Shown: piece by piece, positions 18,002 through 27,864 of the stretch
How the letters are laid out: every line of letters begins with the position of its first letter
How positions within the stretch are numbered: the stretch's first letter is position 1
Source: a candidate division TM6 bacterium GW2011_GWF2_28_16
GTDB taxonomy: Bacteria > Babelota > Babeliae > Babelales > UASB340
Length of the DNA: 64,000 nt
Assembly (NCBI GenBank): GCA_000989185.1
Contig: LBNX01000001.1
Location: 97,435-161,434 of the forward strand
Direction of reading: 5' to 3'
Made by a program: the position numbers and the translations under genes
Notes under the pieces: generated by a model
The model's input: the letters and a program-made list of their open reading frames with translations, nothing else
What the model was told of the DNA's origin: nothing
Database searches by the model: none

Positions 18002-18033
18002 CCCGGAACTTAAATTTTACTATAAGCTCCGGG
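18002..18033 (-). terminator. possible terminator of the rpmF / TPR-protein unit
   Basis: CCCGGAAC...CTCCGGG stem, followed on the minus strand by CTTTTGTT, a weak T run. Confidence 0.4.
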
Positions 18034-18068
18034 TATAATTAATATTATATTTTTAAATTTAAGCTTGC

Positions 18069-18869
18069 TTATGCAACTATAGTTTTTAACTTTGGCTTAG
18101 CTAATTCTACATATACAGATGGATATTCTATATTTTTACCAAATTTTAAAACTAACTGATTCCAATAATTAGCTGCCTCTTTATAATTTTTTTCGTAAAA
18201 ATAATATTCACCTAAATTATATAAAGCTGCGTCTTGAGCAGGGCTGGCTGAATCATAAGCTATTTTTGTTAAATATTCTAAGCCATCTTTTACTCGTGCT
18301 TCTATTTTTGTATCAATTTGCATCAAAGCCAGTTTTATCTGATTAAATGGCTTTAAATTAGATTTACTTGGCAATTTTTTAAGTAATTCTTTTTGAACAT
18401 CTACAGCCAAAACAAGCTTATTTAAATTTATTAAAGCGTCTACACGATATGCTAAAAAAAATGTTGCTATACCAGAACCACTATTTTTTTTATACATTTC
18501 ATCAAAAACTTTATCTACTTGTTCCCACTTTTCGACTTCTGATTTAAATTCATTAATACCAAGCTTTTCATCTGTTACAGTCTTTATAACTTTACCATTA
18601 TAAACTTGCATTGCAGTTAAAAAATCTCTCTGGGCATCGCGATTTATCATGTTTTTATAAAACATATACCCAATAATAATGCCAATTATAGCAACAATTG
18701 CTATAAAATAATTAACTATAATGCTCTTATTTTTTGCCCAAAAATTTGGCATCTCTTTAATTTTATCTACTAATGGATTTTTTGAAAATTCTGATTCCAT
18801 CTCTCTTTCCTTTACAGTTTTTAAATCAAATTCTAAATCAAAAAAACCGTCACGTTGTTTATAAAACAT
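18069..18869 (-). CDS. membrane-anchored TPR-like protein (YfgM-like layout)
   Basis: 266 aa with a single TM (IIVNYFIAIVAIIGIIIGYMF) followed by helical TPR-like repeats (…ALYNLGEYYFYEKNYKEAANYWNQL…). Confidence 0.5.
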   Translation of the reverse strand: MFYKQRDGFFDLEFDLKTVKEREMESEFSKNPLVDKIKEMPNFWAKNKSIIVNYFIAIVAIIGIIIGYMFYKNMINRDAQRDFLTAMQVYNGKVIKTVTDEKLGINEFKSEVEKWEQVDKVFDEMYKKNSGSGIATFFLAYRVDALINLNKLVLAVDVQKELLKKLPSKSNLKPFNQIKLALMQIDTKIEARVKDGLEYLTKIAYDSASPAQDAALYNLGEYYFYEKNYKEAANYWNQLVLKFGKNIEYPSVYVELAKPKLKTIVA

Positions 18870-18890
18870 GACGGCTTAAATATTTTTATA

Positions 18891-19166
18891 TTATTTAGAT
18901 GTTGGCGCTGCAACGTCTTTGCCAGCTTCAGGCTGAGCCTGTTTAGCTTGAGCAGCCTGTCGTGTCTGATTTCTAGAATATAAACGATCTGTTTTTGTTC
19001 TCAAAACTTTAACACCTTTATAATGACCACATTCTTTGCAAACATGATGACCCGCTATAGGGGCAGAACATGTTTGACAAACTGCAAAATTTAGCACCAC
19101 TTTTTTCTTACCGGCGGCGCGTTTATCTCGTCTAGCTTTCGAAGTTCTACGTTTTGGTACTGGCAT
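18891..19166 (-). CDS. rpmF: 50S ribosomal protein L32 with a C-terminal extension
   Basis: MPVPKRRTSKARRDKR plus CxxC…CxxC zinc-ribbon cysteines. It is 91 aa, against about 57-60 for a typical L32. Confidence 0.88.
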   Translation of the reverse strand: MPVPKRRTSKARRDKRAAGKKKVVLNFAVCQTCSAPIAGHHVCKECGHYKGVKVLRTKTDRLYSRNQTRQAAQAKQAQPEAGKDVAAPTSK

Positions 19167-19400
19167 GACAGCTCCTCAATAATTTTTTAAAAAATAAATT
19201 TAAAAACAAGTTATAAGTTCTATAACTATATTTACAAAACTACTTAAATATCGCTTAAATATTAATAATTTACCTTTATTTTGTCAAAAAAATGACAATA
19301 TCTTGTAAAATCAAACAAATTTGGCATTATAAACGATATATTATGACATTTAATTAGTGTACTATAAAATTAATTATTTACAAAAATCAGGAGTTAATAA

Positions 19401-20285
19401 ATGGCCGAAATTACAATGGAATTAATAAAAGAGCTAAGAGAAAAGACCCAAGTTGGAATGATGGACTGCAAAAAAGCATTACAAGAAACCAATGGCGATA
19501 TCGAAAAAGCAGTAGAATTATTAAGAAAAAAAGGTGCTGCTGTAGCACAAAAGCGTGCTGGAAACGCTACAGATAATGGACATATTGAGGCCTGCATTAA
19601 CGAAAACAATACAAAAGGCGTTCTATTAAGAATGTCCTGCGAAACAGATTTTTCAGCAAATACAATAGACATGAAAAATTTTGCAAAAGATACTTGTTCT
19701 CACATATTAAATAAAAAAACAAAAACTATAGAACAATTATTAGGCGAAGTTTTATTTAATGGCAAAATTACAATACAAGAAAAGCTCGAAGAATTAATAG
19801 CCAAAATTGCTGAAAGCATTAAAACTGAAGAATTTGTTATGTTTGAAACAAATTTATCTGGCCTTGTTAATGCTTACATACACCCAGGTGCAAATCTTGG
19901 TATTTTAATAGAACTTAAAGCCGACAAAGAAATTTCAGGTGCTAATAGAGAAAAAGTACAACAACTTGCTCATGATATTTGCATGCAAATAGCTGTTACA
20001 AGCCCATTAGCTATTTCTTCAAAAGATTTAGACAAAAATTTAATAGAAAAAGAACAAGCTATTATAAAAGAACAATTGTTAAATTCGGGTAAACAACCAA
20101 ACATGATCGAAAAAATAATGCTTGGTAAAATAAGCAAGTATTACGAAGAAGTTTGCCTAGAAGACCAAGTTTATATTAAAAACGATAAATTAAAAATTAA
20201 ACAATTATTAGAGAATACTTCTAAAGAAACAGGTTTAAAATTAGAAATAAAAGAATTTGCAAGATTCTCTGTTGGTAAAAAATAA
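19401..20285 (+). CDS. tsf: elongation factor Ts
   Basis: ELIKELREKTQVGMMDCKKALQETNGDIEKAVELLRKKG (UBA-like N-domain). An AGGAG SD precedes the start. Confidence 0.92.
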   Translation: MAEITMELIKELREKTQVGMMDCKKALQETNGDIEKAVELLRKKGAAVAQKRAGNATDNGHIEACINENNTKGVLLRMSCETDFSANTIDMKNFAKDTCSHILNKKTKTIEQLLGEVLFNGKITIQEKLEELIAKIAESIKTEEFVMFETNLSGLVNAYIHPGANLGILIELKADKEISGANREKVQQLAHDICMQIAVTSPLAISSKDLDKNLIEKEQAIIKEQLLNSGKQPNMIEKIMLGKISKYYEEVCLEDQVYIKNDKLKIKQLLENTSKETGLKLEIKEFARFSVGKK

Positions 20286-20294
20286 GAGTTTTTT

Positions 20295-20987
20295 ATGGAA
20301 AAGATAGTAATAAAGATTAGTGGTGAGCTTTTTGACACTACTAATAATTTAAAAAGTAATAATTTAAAAAATGTTATAGAACAAATAAAAAATCTATCGC
20401 AAAAATATAAAATTGCTTTAGTTGTTGGAGCGGGCAATATATTTAGAGGCACACAAAATAGCCATAATTTTGGCATTAAACAAGAAACTGGCGATTATGC
20501 AGGAATGCTTGCAACTATTATTAATGGGCTAGTTTTACATGAAATGCTAAAAAATACCGGCGTAAAAACAAAATTATTATCAGCTTTATCTTGTCCAGAA
20601 ATAGCTGATAATATAACTACAGAAAATATAAGTTGCGCTTTTGATAACAATAAAATTATAATTTTTGTTGGTGGTACCGGCAACCCATTTTTTACAACAG
20701 ATACAAATGCTATTTTACGAGCTTTACAAATAGACGCAAAATTAGTATTAAAAGGCACAAAGGTTGCTGGAATTTTTGACAAAGATCCTGCAAAAAACAC
20801 AGATGCAAAATTAATTAAAACAATAGATTATAAAACAGTTATAGAAAAAAACTTACAAGTTATGGATCTTACAGCAATATCACTAGCTCACGATAAAGAT
20901 ATTAAAATTAAAATTTTTAATATCTTTGAAAAAGATTCGATTTTACAGGTTTTAAACGATCAAAATTTTGGTAGTACAATAAGTTAA
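20295..20987 (+). CDS. pyrH: UMP kinase
   Basis: IKISGE, VVGAGNIFRG and GGTGNPFFTTD. Confidence 0.92.
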   Translation: MEKIVIKISGELFDTTNNLKSNNLKNVIEQIKNLSQKYKIALVVGAGNIFRGTQNSHNFGIKQETGDYAGMLATIINGLVLHEMLKNTGVKTKLLSALSCPEIADNITTENISCAFDNNKIIIFVGGTGNPFFTTDTNAILRALQIDAKLVLKGTKVAGIFDKDPAKNTDAKLIKTIDYKTVIEKNLQVMDLTAISLAHDKDIKIKIFNIFEKDSILQVLNDQNFGSTIS

Positions 20988-20999
20988 AGGGAACGATTT

Positions 21000-21584
21000 A
21001 TGGTAGAAATAATTTTTCAAGAAGGTAATAGCACAGATTTTGAAAAAATAATAAAAGCAGAAATGGAAAATCCATTAAAACACTTCGAGAAAGAACTTGT
21101 AGCTATTAGAACAGGCAGAGCTTCTACAAAAATGGTTGAAGATGTTAAAGTAGATGTTTATGGCCAACAAATGAAAATTCGCGAACTTGCAAGTATTGCT
21201 ACACCAGATGCTCGATTAATTACAATTCAACCATGGGATAAATCTGTAATTGGCGATATAGAAAAAGGTTTACAGATGTCTGAATTGGGAGTAACTCCAG
21301 TTAATGACGGTAATTTAATTAGAATACAATTACCCCAAATGACAGAAAGCAGAAGAACTGAGTTAGACAAAATTCTTGGCAAAAAAACAGAAGAATGCAG
21401 AGTTGCTATAAGAAATATACGAAAAGAATTTCATAATCAAGTAAGAGAATCAGAAAAAGAACATGATATTTCTGAAGATTTTGCAAAAAGATTAAGCGAT
21501 TTGTTACAAAAAATTACAGATCAATTTATTGCAAAGGCAGAAGATTTATATAATAAAAAAGCACAAGAAATTAAATTTGTATAA
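21000..21584 (+). CDS. frr: ribosome recycling factor
   Basis: …LVAIRTGRAS…ITIQPWD…NLIRIQLPQMTESRR…IRNIRK…. Confidence 0.92.
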   Translation: MVEIIFQEGNSTDFEKIIKAEMENPLKHFEKELVAIRTGRASTKMVEDVKVDVYGQQMKIRELASIATPDARLITIQPWDKSVIGDIEKGLQMSELGVTPVNDGNLIRIQLPQMTESRRTELDKILGKKTEECRVAIRNIRKEFHNQVRESEKEHDISEDFAKRLSDLLQKITDQFIAKAEDLYNKKAQEIKFV

Positions 21585-21608
21585 ATAAATTTAGTTTTTA
21601 AATTAAAA

Positions 21609-21638
21609 GAGTCTAGTTATATGCTAGGCTCTTTTTTT
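21609..21638. terminator. bidirectional terminator after frr
   Basis: GAGTCTAG, a loop, CTAGGCTC (one G-U pair) and T7, preceded by AAAA. Confidence 0.7.
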
Positions 21639-21669
21639 ATTATTAATTTTTAAAAATTTATTTTTATTC

Positions 21670-22272
21670 TCAAAACTCATTTAAACTACGAATAATTTTT
21701 TCAATTAAACTTTCAGTTTTAGATTTAGACATAGAATCAATTTGTATAAAAATTAATTTACCTTTTGCATAATCATTATCCCTATTCCATTTTGCCTTAT
21801 CTAAAAATAACGATTTCTCTTCAAAAACATAAATCCTATCAAAATCTTTTTTTGCTAAATCATTAAACAAACAAGTTCTACCAAATCTTTTTCCACCTTT
21901 TTCTTGATAAATATAATAAAAAAACTCTTCAGAAAAAGTAGTTTTTGGAGTCGTCCATTTATAGACATAAATATTTTCATCTTTTTTTTCATATTTCCAA
22001 ATAAAGTCTGTAAAATTTTTTAAATTATTTGATTCTGTATCTTTTTTAAAAAACTCTTCACTAATTCTTTTTGTTAATTTTTTTTGATCTTGAAGTTTAT
22101 ATTTCTCTATTTTATTTAGAAAAACAAGAGCTTTTTCTCCGTTAAGAGCACCCTCTTTGGTATAAACATTAGTTTCTTTGTTATCTGGAATAAACACTGC
22201 ATAGTTATATTCTTTTAAATAAATCTTTGATATATATAGCAATAAAAAGCTCAGAAAAATAAATTTATTCAT
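21670..22272 (-). CDS. hypothetical secreted protein
   Basis: 200 aa with a signal-like N-terminus (MNKFIFLSFLLLYISKIYL) and an AAAGGG SD. No motif recognised. Confidence 0.5.
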   Translation of the reverse strand: MNKFIFLSFLLLYISKIYLKEYNYAVFIPDNKETNVYTKEGALNGEKALVFLNKIEKYKLQDQKKLTKRISEEFFKKDTESNNLKNFTDFIWKYEKKDENIYVYKWTTPKTTFSEEFFYYIYQEKGGKRFGRTCLFNDLAKKDFDRIYVFEEKSLFLDKAKWNRDNDYAKGKLIFIQIDSMSKSKTESLIEKIIRSLNEF

Positions 22273-22362
22273 AAAACACCCTTTCTTTTTATTCCATATT
22301 TTTTAAAACTCTATAAAATATCAATAAATTTATATATATTTTTTTTAAAAAAGTTTTTTAAT

Positions 22363-23298
22363 GTGATTTTAGTGGCAAATAAAATAATTATTATTTTTTT
22401 TATTTCTATAATATTAAATCTCTCTGGACACATTGAAAATATTTCATTTAATAATTTTCCAGACAGAAAAGAAATTTATTACAGTAAAAATAAGCAAATA
22501 TATAGTGTAAAAATCAATAATAAAAATTATGCTTTAATAAAATATACAGAAGAACAAGAATATCTTCGCGAATCTACAAAATTAAAAAAATTAAAACATC
22601 CTAATATAATTAAAATCAAAGCTAATAATGACCAAGAACAGTTACTCCTAGAAAAACAAGGTTCTTGCTCTTTATATAATTTTATTAAAAGTCCAGACAG
22701 TTATATAAAAAATTTAGATAATACAAAATTAAATTCTATAAAAGATAATATTATTAAAGATGTAATTAACGCCATAAATTATCTGCACACAGAGAAAAAT
22801 TATGTTCATTTAGATTTAAAAGCAGAAAATATAATTTTATTTATAAAACAAGATCGTGAAAATACAATTATAATCCCCAAAATAATAGATTTTGAATCTT
22901 GTTACAAAATAAAGAATATAAATCTTGGGTTAAAAAAGTTTATGGGAACATTTGAATATGCACCCCCAGAAATAATAGAGCTTATTTATAAATCTATGCA
23001 ATATACCGTAAGTTTTTATACTGATATTTATGATTTAGGGCTATTAATTCTATTTATTATTTACAAAATAACACCAAGTGAAATAATTTTTTCTAGAGAA
23101 AATATGGAATTTAACGATCTAAATACTGAATGGTCTAAAAATAAATTTTTAATAGAAAACATAAAATATATTAATTGGCTTGAAAATTTTTTGGCTAAAA
23201 TAAATGATACAAGCAATACGTCTAAAAATAACTTAATACTATCTTGTTGTGCAAAAAATCCAAAAGATCGACCAACTATTCAAAATATTAAGGTCTAA
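22363..23298 (+). CDS. eukaryotic-like Ser/Thr protein kinase with an N-terminal hydrophobic anchor
   Basis: YALIKY (VAIK-type Lys), HLDLKAENIIL (catalytic loop), IIDFES (DFG-like) and GTFEYAPPE (APE). GTG start, with the N-terminal segment IIIIFFISIILNL. Confidence 0.7.
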   Translation: MILVANKIIIIFFISIILNLSGHIENISFNNFPDRKEIYYSKNKQIYSVKINNKNYALIKYTEEQEYLRESTKLKKLKHPNIIKIKANNDQEQLLLEKQGSCSLYNFIKSPDSYIKNLDNTKLNSIKDNIIKDVINAINYLHTEKNYVHLDLKAENIILFIKQDRENTIIIPKIIDFESCYKIKNINLGLKKFMGTFEYAPPEIIELIYKSMQYTVSFYTDIYDLGLLILFIIYKITPSEIIFSRENMEFNDLNTEWSKNKFLIENIKYINWLENFLAKINDTSNTSKNNLILSCCAKNPKDRPTIQNIKV

Positions 23299-23320
23299 TA
23301 AGCCACCCTAAAATTAAATA

Positions 23321-24268
23321 CTAAAAACCAAACACCTGATGTGCTAAAAATAATATAAATAATAAAAACATAATACAAGCTTCTAAGCGCCCTATTTTTT
23401 TGCGCCCAATAATTGCTAACAATATAATTAAAAATGGCAAGAACATATACGGTATAAGGCTCATTAAAGGTTTTAAACTTATATTATCTTTTGATGATAA
23501 AGCTACAATACCTATTAATAAAGTTCCTTGTTCAAAAACAGAGCCGAGCGAATTGCCAAGCGCAATATCGTACTCTTTTTTTCGCATAGCGCTCAAGCTC
23601 AAGGTTAATTCTGGTAAAGATGTACCAATAGCAAGAATAGTAACACCAATAATATGCTCTGATATATTTAAATATCTTGAAATAATTATAGAAAATTTTA
23701 CAGCAAATTCTGAAGCTACAAACACTAATCCCACGCTAAATAGCAATTTAATAATTAATATAATTTTTTCTTTTAGTGTAAAATTTAGATTTACTTTATT
23801 TTTAGGTTTATTTTTAGAAATATTAAATAAAAAATATACTGTAATAAAATAAACTAATATTAAAAATAACCCTATATATTTATTTAAATAACCCACAATA
23901 AATATAAATGAACATGATAAAGTCGTAATAATTAGCATTAATAAAGATTCTTTGCCATTATGCTTTGAGATTTTTAAAACTCCATAAATTAAAATTGCTA
24001 AGCCCAAAACCAAAGATATATCAGAAATATTTGAGCCCAAAATTGTACCTACAGAAAATGTTGGAATACCTTCAAATAATCCACAAATAGCTACAGATAA
24101 TTCTGGCAGCCCAGTTGCAACTGCAACAAAAGTAAATCCTAAAAATAATTTATCTATTCCAAACATTTCTGAAACTTTTATAGAATATTTAACAGATAAT
24201 TCTGCAGCTAGCCATAAAAAACCTAAGCTCAAAAAAAGGCCAAAAAAATAAATAATTAAATTTTGCAT
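23321..24268 (-). CDS. Ca2+/cation antiporter (CaCA / YrbG family)
   Basis: Two alpha-repeats: GLPELSVAI… and GTSLPELTLSL…. About 10 TM segments. Confidence 0.8.
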   Translation of the reverse strand: MQNLIIYFFGLFLSLGFLWLAAELSVKYSIKVSEMFGIDKLFLGFTFVAVATGLPELSVAICGLFEGIPTFSVGTILGSNISDISLVLGLAILIYGVLKISKHNGKESLLMLIITTLSCSFIFIVGYLNKYIGLFLILVYFITVYFLFNISKNKPKNKVNLNFTLKEKIILIIKLLFSVGLVFVASEFAVKFSIIISRYLNISEHIIGVTILAIGTSLPELTLSLSAMRKKEYDIALGNSLGSVFEQGTLLIGIVALSSKDNISLKPLMSLIPYMFLPFLIILLAIIGRKKIGRLEACIMFLLFILFLAHQVFGF

Positions 24269-24375
24269 AAAACTTTCTTTCTTTTTTTAACTTTTATATT
24301 TTTTTAATATAAACTTTTTAAAATTATAATAATTTGTTTAAGAAATATTTTATAAAAATAATAAATAATAAATTT

Positions 24376-27300
24376 ATGAACACAGACAAGCATTTTGTAC
24401 ATTTACATTTACATACAGAGTTTTCGTTATTAGATGGCGCAATAAAAATAGATGATTTATTATCTATGGCAAAGCAACAAAGCTGGAGAGCTGTTGGTAT
24501 TTCTGACCATGGCAATATCTTTGGTGCTGTAAAATTTTTTAAATCTGCCAAAAAAGCAGGAATAAAACCTATATTGGGCGTCGAAATGTACATGACTCCA
24601 GATGTAAGTATCAAAGATGTAAATGAAAAATATTTTCATTTATTATTAATTGTACAAAATAAAATAGGCTATCAAAATTTGTGCCAATTAATGGCTTTTG
24701 CTCAAACAGAAGGTTATTATTTTAAGCCCAGAATAGACTATAATATATTACAAAAATATAACGAAGGATTAATTGCAAGTACAGCATGTTTGGGCGGGCA
24801 TATACCAACATTATTATTCAATAACGATTATACTCAAGCTTATGAACGCACAGAATGGTTTTTAAATACATTTGGCCCAGAAAGATTTTATACAGAAGTT
24901 CAACCTCATCCAGAAAAAGATCAAATAGATGTTAATAAAAAAATTTTTGAATTAAGCAAAAAATATAATCTAAAAACAATCGCAACTACAGATGCGCACT
25001 ATTTAAGACCCGAAGATTATTATGCTCATGAAGTTTTGCTTGCAATTGGCACAAAAAAAACAATGTCTGACCCAAAAAGAATGACTTTTGGAGAGTTTGA
25101 GTGTCATGTAAAAACGACACAAGAAATTTTGGATTTTTTCCCTGATAATCCAGAAGTTGTTTGGAATACAGGTGAGCTCGCAGATAAGTGTGAATTCGAA
25201 TTCGAATTCGGCAAATTGTTTTTTCCTCAAAGTCCAATTCCTAAAGAATATACAGAAGAAGAATTTTTTAAAAAATTATCACTTGATGGCCTAGAAGAAT
25301 TTAGACGCGAAAATTTATTTCCCGAAAATTTATTTCCTGAATATTTAAAAAGACTAGAATGGGAAATGGATACTATTATAAAAATGGGCTATATAGGCTA
25401 TTTTCTTGTAGTTTCAGATTTTATTCGTTGGGCAAAAGAACAAAACATTCCTGTTGGCGCAGGCAGAGGCTCTGCTGCAGGATCACTTGTTGCATGGTGT
25501 TTAAAAATCACAAACGTAGATCCTATAAAATATAATTTACTTTTTGAAAGATTCTTAAACCCAGAACGCGTAAGTATGCCCGATATAGATATAGACTTTT
25601 GCGTAAACAGACGTGAAGAAGTAATTAATTACGTAAAAGACAAATATGGTCACGATTGCGTTTGCCAAATAATAACATTTGGAACAATGATGGCCAAGGG
25701 AGTTATAAAAGACGTAGCCAGAGCTTTGGGTTTTCCGTTTCAAGATGCAAATACTATTACAGAACTAATTCCAGAGCAATTAAAAATTACATTAAACGAA
25801 GCGATAGAACAAGAACCCAAATTAAAAGAATTAATAGATAATAACCCAAATGTTAAAGAATTATTTAATATTTGTTTTAAACTTGAAGGCCTAACAAGAC
25901 ATGCATCCAAGCATGCTGCAGGCGTAGTTATTTCACCTATGCCATTAAAAGATGTTTTGCCATTATATGTTCCATCTAAAGCCACTAACGAACTTGTAGT
26001 GCAATATGCCATGACAGAACTTGAAGAAGTTGGCTTTTTAAAAATGGATTTTTTGGGTTTAAAAAACTTAACTGTAATAAAAGAAGCGCTAGATGCAATA
26101 GAAGCAAAACATAATATAAAAATAAATTTAGATAAAATAAATTTTGATGATCAAAAAACATTTGATCTATTACGTGATGGCAAAACAAGCGGCGTATTTC
26201 AGTTCGAATCTGATGGCATAAAAGATATTATGCAAAAGCTAAGCCCACAAAGTTTAGAAGATTTAATAGCCCTAAATGCTTTATATCGCCCAGGACCATT
26301 AGGCTCTGGCATGGTCGATGATTTTATAGAACGCAGACATAAACGCAAAAAAACTACTTATATGTTCCCCGAACTTGAACCAATATTAAGCGAAACATAT
26401 GGCGTTATAGTCTATCAAGAACAGGTTATGAAAATTGCATCTGTAATTGGCGGATACACGCTAGGTGGCGCCGATATTTTACGTCGAGCCATGGGTAAGA
26501 AAAAAGTTGAAGTAATGGCTCAACAAAAAGCCCTTTTTGTTGAAGGAGCACAAAAACAAGGCTTCGATTCAAAAAAAGCTGGCGAACTTTTTGATTTAAT
26601 GGCTTACTTTGCTGGATATGGCTTTAACAAATCTCACTCTACGGCTTATGCACTTATTGCTTATCACACAGCATATTTAAAAGCCAATTATCCAGCAGAG
26701 TTTATGGCTGCATTAATATCGCACGAAACAAATGACCCAGATAAATTAACTTTTTATTTGCAAGAAATAAAAGACATGGGTATTAAAACAATATCACCAA
26801 ATATAAATAAATCTGAGATACAATTTAAAGCAACACAAGACAATGAAATACTTTTTGGATTACAAGGCATAAAAAACGTAGGCCTTGCAGCACTAGAAAG
26901 CATTATAGAAACAAGAAAACAAAAAGAATTTATAGATATTTTAGATTTTTGTAAACGCGTAGATTTGAGAACTGCAAATAAACGTGTTATAGAAAGTTTA
27001 ATTTACGCTGGTGCAATGGATATTTTACCTGGAAACAGAGCACAAAAAATTGCAGAGTTAGATAAAATTATAAAAATAGCTCTTGATGCAAAAAAAGTAG
27101 CCTTAACAGGCCAAATGAGCTTATTTGGTAGCAATAATATCTCTAATAATAATAATAATAATAATAACACACAAGAGAATTTTTATACTTTTGCACCATT
27201 ACAAGATTGGACAGACAAAGAAAAACTCGAAAAAGAAAAAGAAATAGCCGGATTTTACTTAAGCTCTCATCCATTAGAAAATTACCCAGTTTTAAAATGG

Positions 27301-27864
27301 CTAAATGCAAATAAATTTTTTGATTGTTTGGAGTTAGTAAAAAATAATACAAACAAAAAAGAACCACTTGTTAGTTGCTTTGGGTTAATGCAGAATATAA
27401 AAGTTATAAAAACAAAAAAAGGTGACCCTATGGCCTTTGCTCAATTTGAAGATTACTCAGGCCATGCAGAAGTAATTATATTTCCTAGTGTTTATAAAAA
27501 AGTAGAAAATATATTAACACAACATAATATATTTATTATAAAAGGTTTTTTGGATTTAACAGGCACAAATAAGTGTAAAATAAAAGCAAATGATATAATA
27601 CCTGCTGAGACTTTTTTAAATAATTCCCAAATACAAAGTTTAAATTTTATTTTACCCAAAAATATAGATAATAATTTTTTAATAAAATTAAAAGAAGAAA
27701 TAGATAAAAAAGATATGGCAACAAATAATAGAGCTTCGTTAAAATTACTATTTAACGAAAATAATAAATTTTTTGCCCTTGAACACAGTAATAAAATTTT
27801 TTGCAGCACAAATAATTTTATAAATATAGAAAAACTAGGTGTTAAGATCCAAATTATTATCTAA
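24376..27864 (+). CDS. dnaE: DNA polymerase III alpha subunit
   Basis: PHP domain FVHLHLHTEFSLLDG, GRGSAAGSLVAWCL, PDIDIDF and the FNKSHSTAYA finger motif. The start is set at the ATG at 24376. Confidence 0.93.
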   Translation: MNTDKHFVHLHLHTEFSLLDGAIKIDDLLSMAKQQSWRAVGISDHGNIFGAVKFFKSAKKAGIKPILGVEMYMTPDVSIKDVNEKYFHLLLIVQNKIGYQNLCQLMAFAQTEGYYFKPRIDYNILQKYNEGLIASTACLGGHIPTLLFNNDYTQAYERTEWFLNTFGPERFYTEVQPHPEKDQIDVNKKIFELSKKYNLKTIATTDAHYLRPEDYYAHEVLLAIGTKKTMSDPKRMTFGEFECHVKTTQEILDFFPDNPEVVWNTGELADKCEFEFEFGKLFFPQSPIPKEYTEEEFFKKLSLDGLEEFRRENLFPENLFPEYLKRLEWEMDTIIKMGYIGYFLVVSDFIRWAKEQNIPVGAGRGSAAGSLVAWCLKITNVDPIKYNLLFERFLNPERVSMPDIDIDFCVNRREEVINYVKDKYGHDCVCQIITFGTMMAKGVIKDVARALGFPFQDANTITELIPEQLKITLNEAIEQEPKLKELIDNNPNVKELFNICFKLEGLTRHASKHAAGVVISPMPLKDVLPLYVPSKATNELVVQYAMTELEEVGFLKMDFLGLKNLTVIKEALDAIEAKHNIKINLDKINFDDQKTFDLLRDGKTSGVFQFESDGIKDIMQKLSPQSLEDLIALNALYRPGPLGSGMVDDFIERRHKRKKTTYMFPELEPILSETYGVIVYQEQVMKIASVIGGYTLGGADILRRAMGKKKVEVMAQQKALFVEGAQKQGFDSKKAGELFDLMAYFAGYGFNKSHSTAYALIAYHTAYLKANYPAEFMAALISHETNDPDKLTFYLQEIKDMGIKTISPNINKSEIQFKATQDNEILFGLQGIKNVGLAALESIIETRKQKEFIDILDFCKRVDLRTANKRVIESLIYAGAMDILPGNRAQKIAELDKIIKIALDAKKVALTGQMSLFGSNNISNNNNNNNNTQENFYTFAPLQDWTDKEKLEKEKEIAGFYLSSHPLENYPVLKWLNANKFFDCLELVKNNTNKKEPLVSCFGLMQNIKVIKTKKGDPMAFAQFEDYSGHAEVIIFPSVYKKVENILTQHNIFIIKGFLDLTGTNKCKIKANDIIPAETFLNNSQIQSLNFILPKNIDNNFLIKLKEEIDKKDMATNNRASLKLLFNENNKFFALEHSNKIFCSTNNFINIEKLGVKIQIII
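25192..25209 (+). repeat. (GAATTC)3 hexamer repeat in dnaE (encodes EFEFEF)
   Basis: GAATTCGAATTCGAATTC read directly from the sequence, in frame. Confidence 0.9.
25309..25338 (+). repeat. 2 x 15-bp in-frame tandem duplication in dnaE (ENLFP ENLFP)
   Basis: GAAAATTTATTTCCC followed by GAAAATTTATTTCCT. Confidence 0.9.
27145..27165 (+). repeat. (AAT)7 microsatellite in dnaE (poly-Asn)
   Basis: Seven AAT codons plus one AAC give N8, in the linker before the OB-fold/C-terminal region. Confidence 0.9.

Noticed and set aside
23400-23852. 150-aa plus-strand ORF inside the CaCA antiporter gene.
   Set aside because: It is antisense to a well-supported membrane protein gene, has no SD, and its composition mirrors the sense gene.
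25192-25209. Three tandem EcoRI sites as a possible cloning or polylinker artefact.
   Set aside because: They lie in frame within continuous dnaE coding sequence that is conserved on both sides, so they are better explained as a slippage-generated hexamer repeat.
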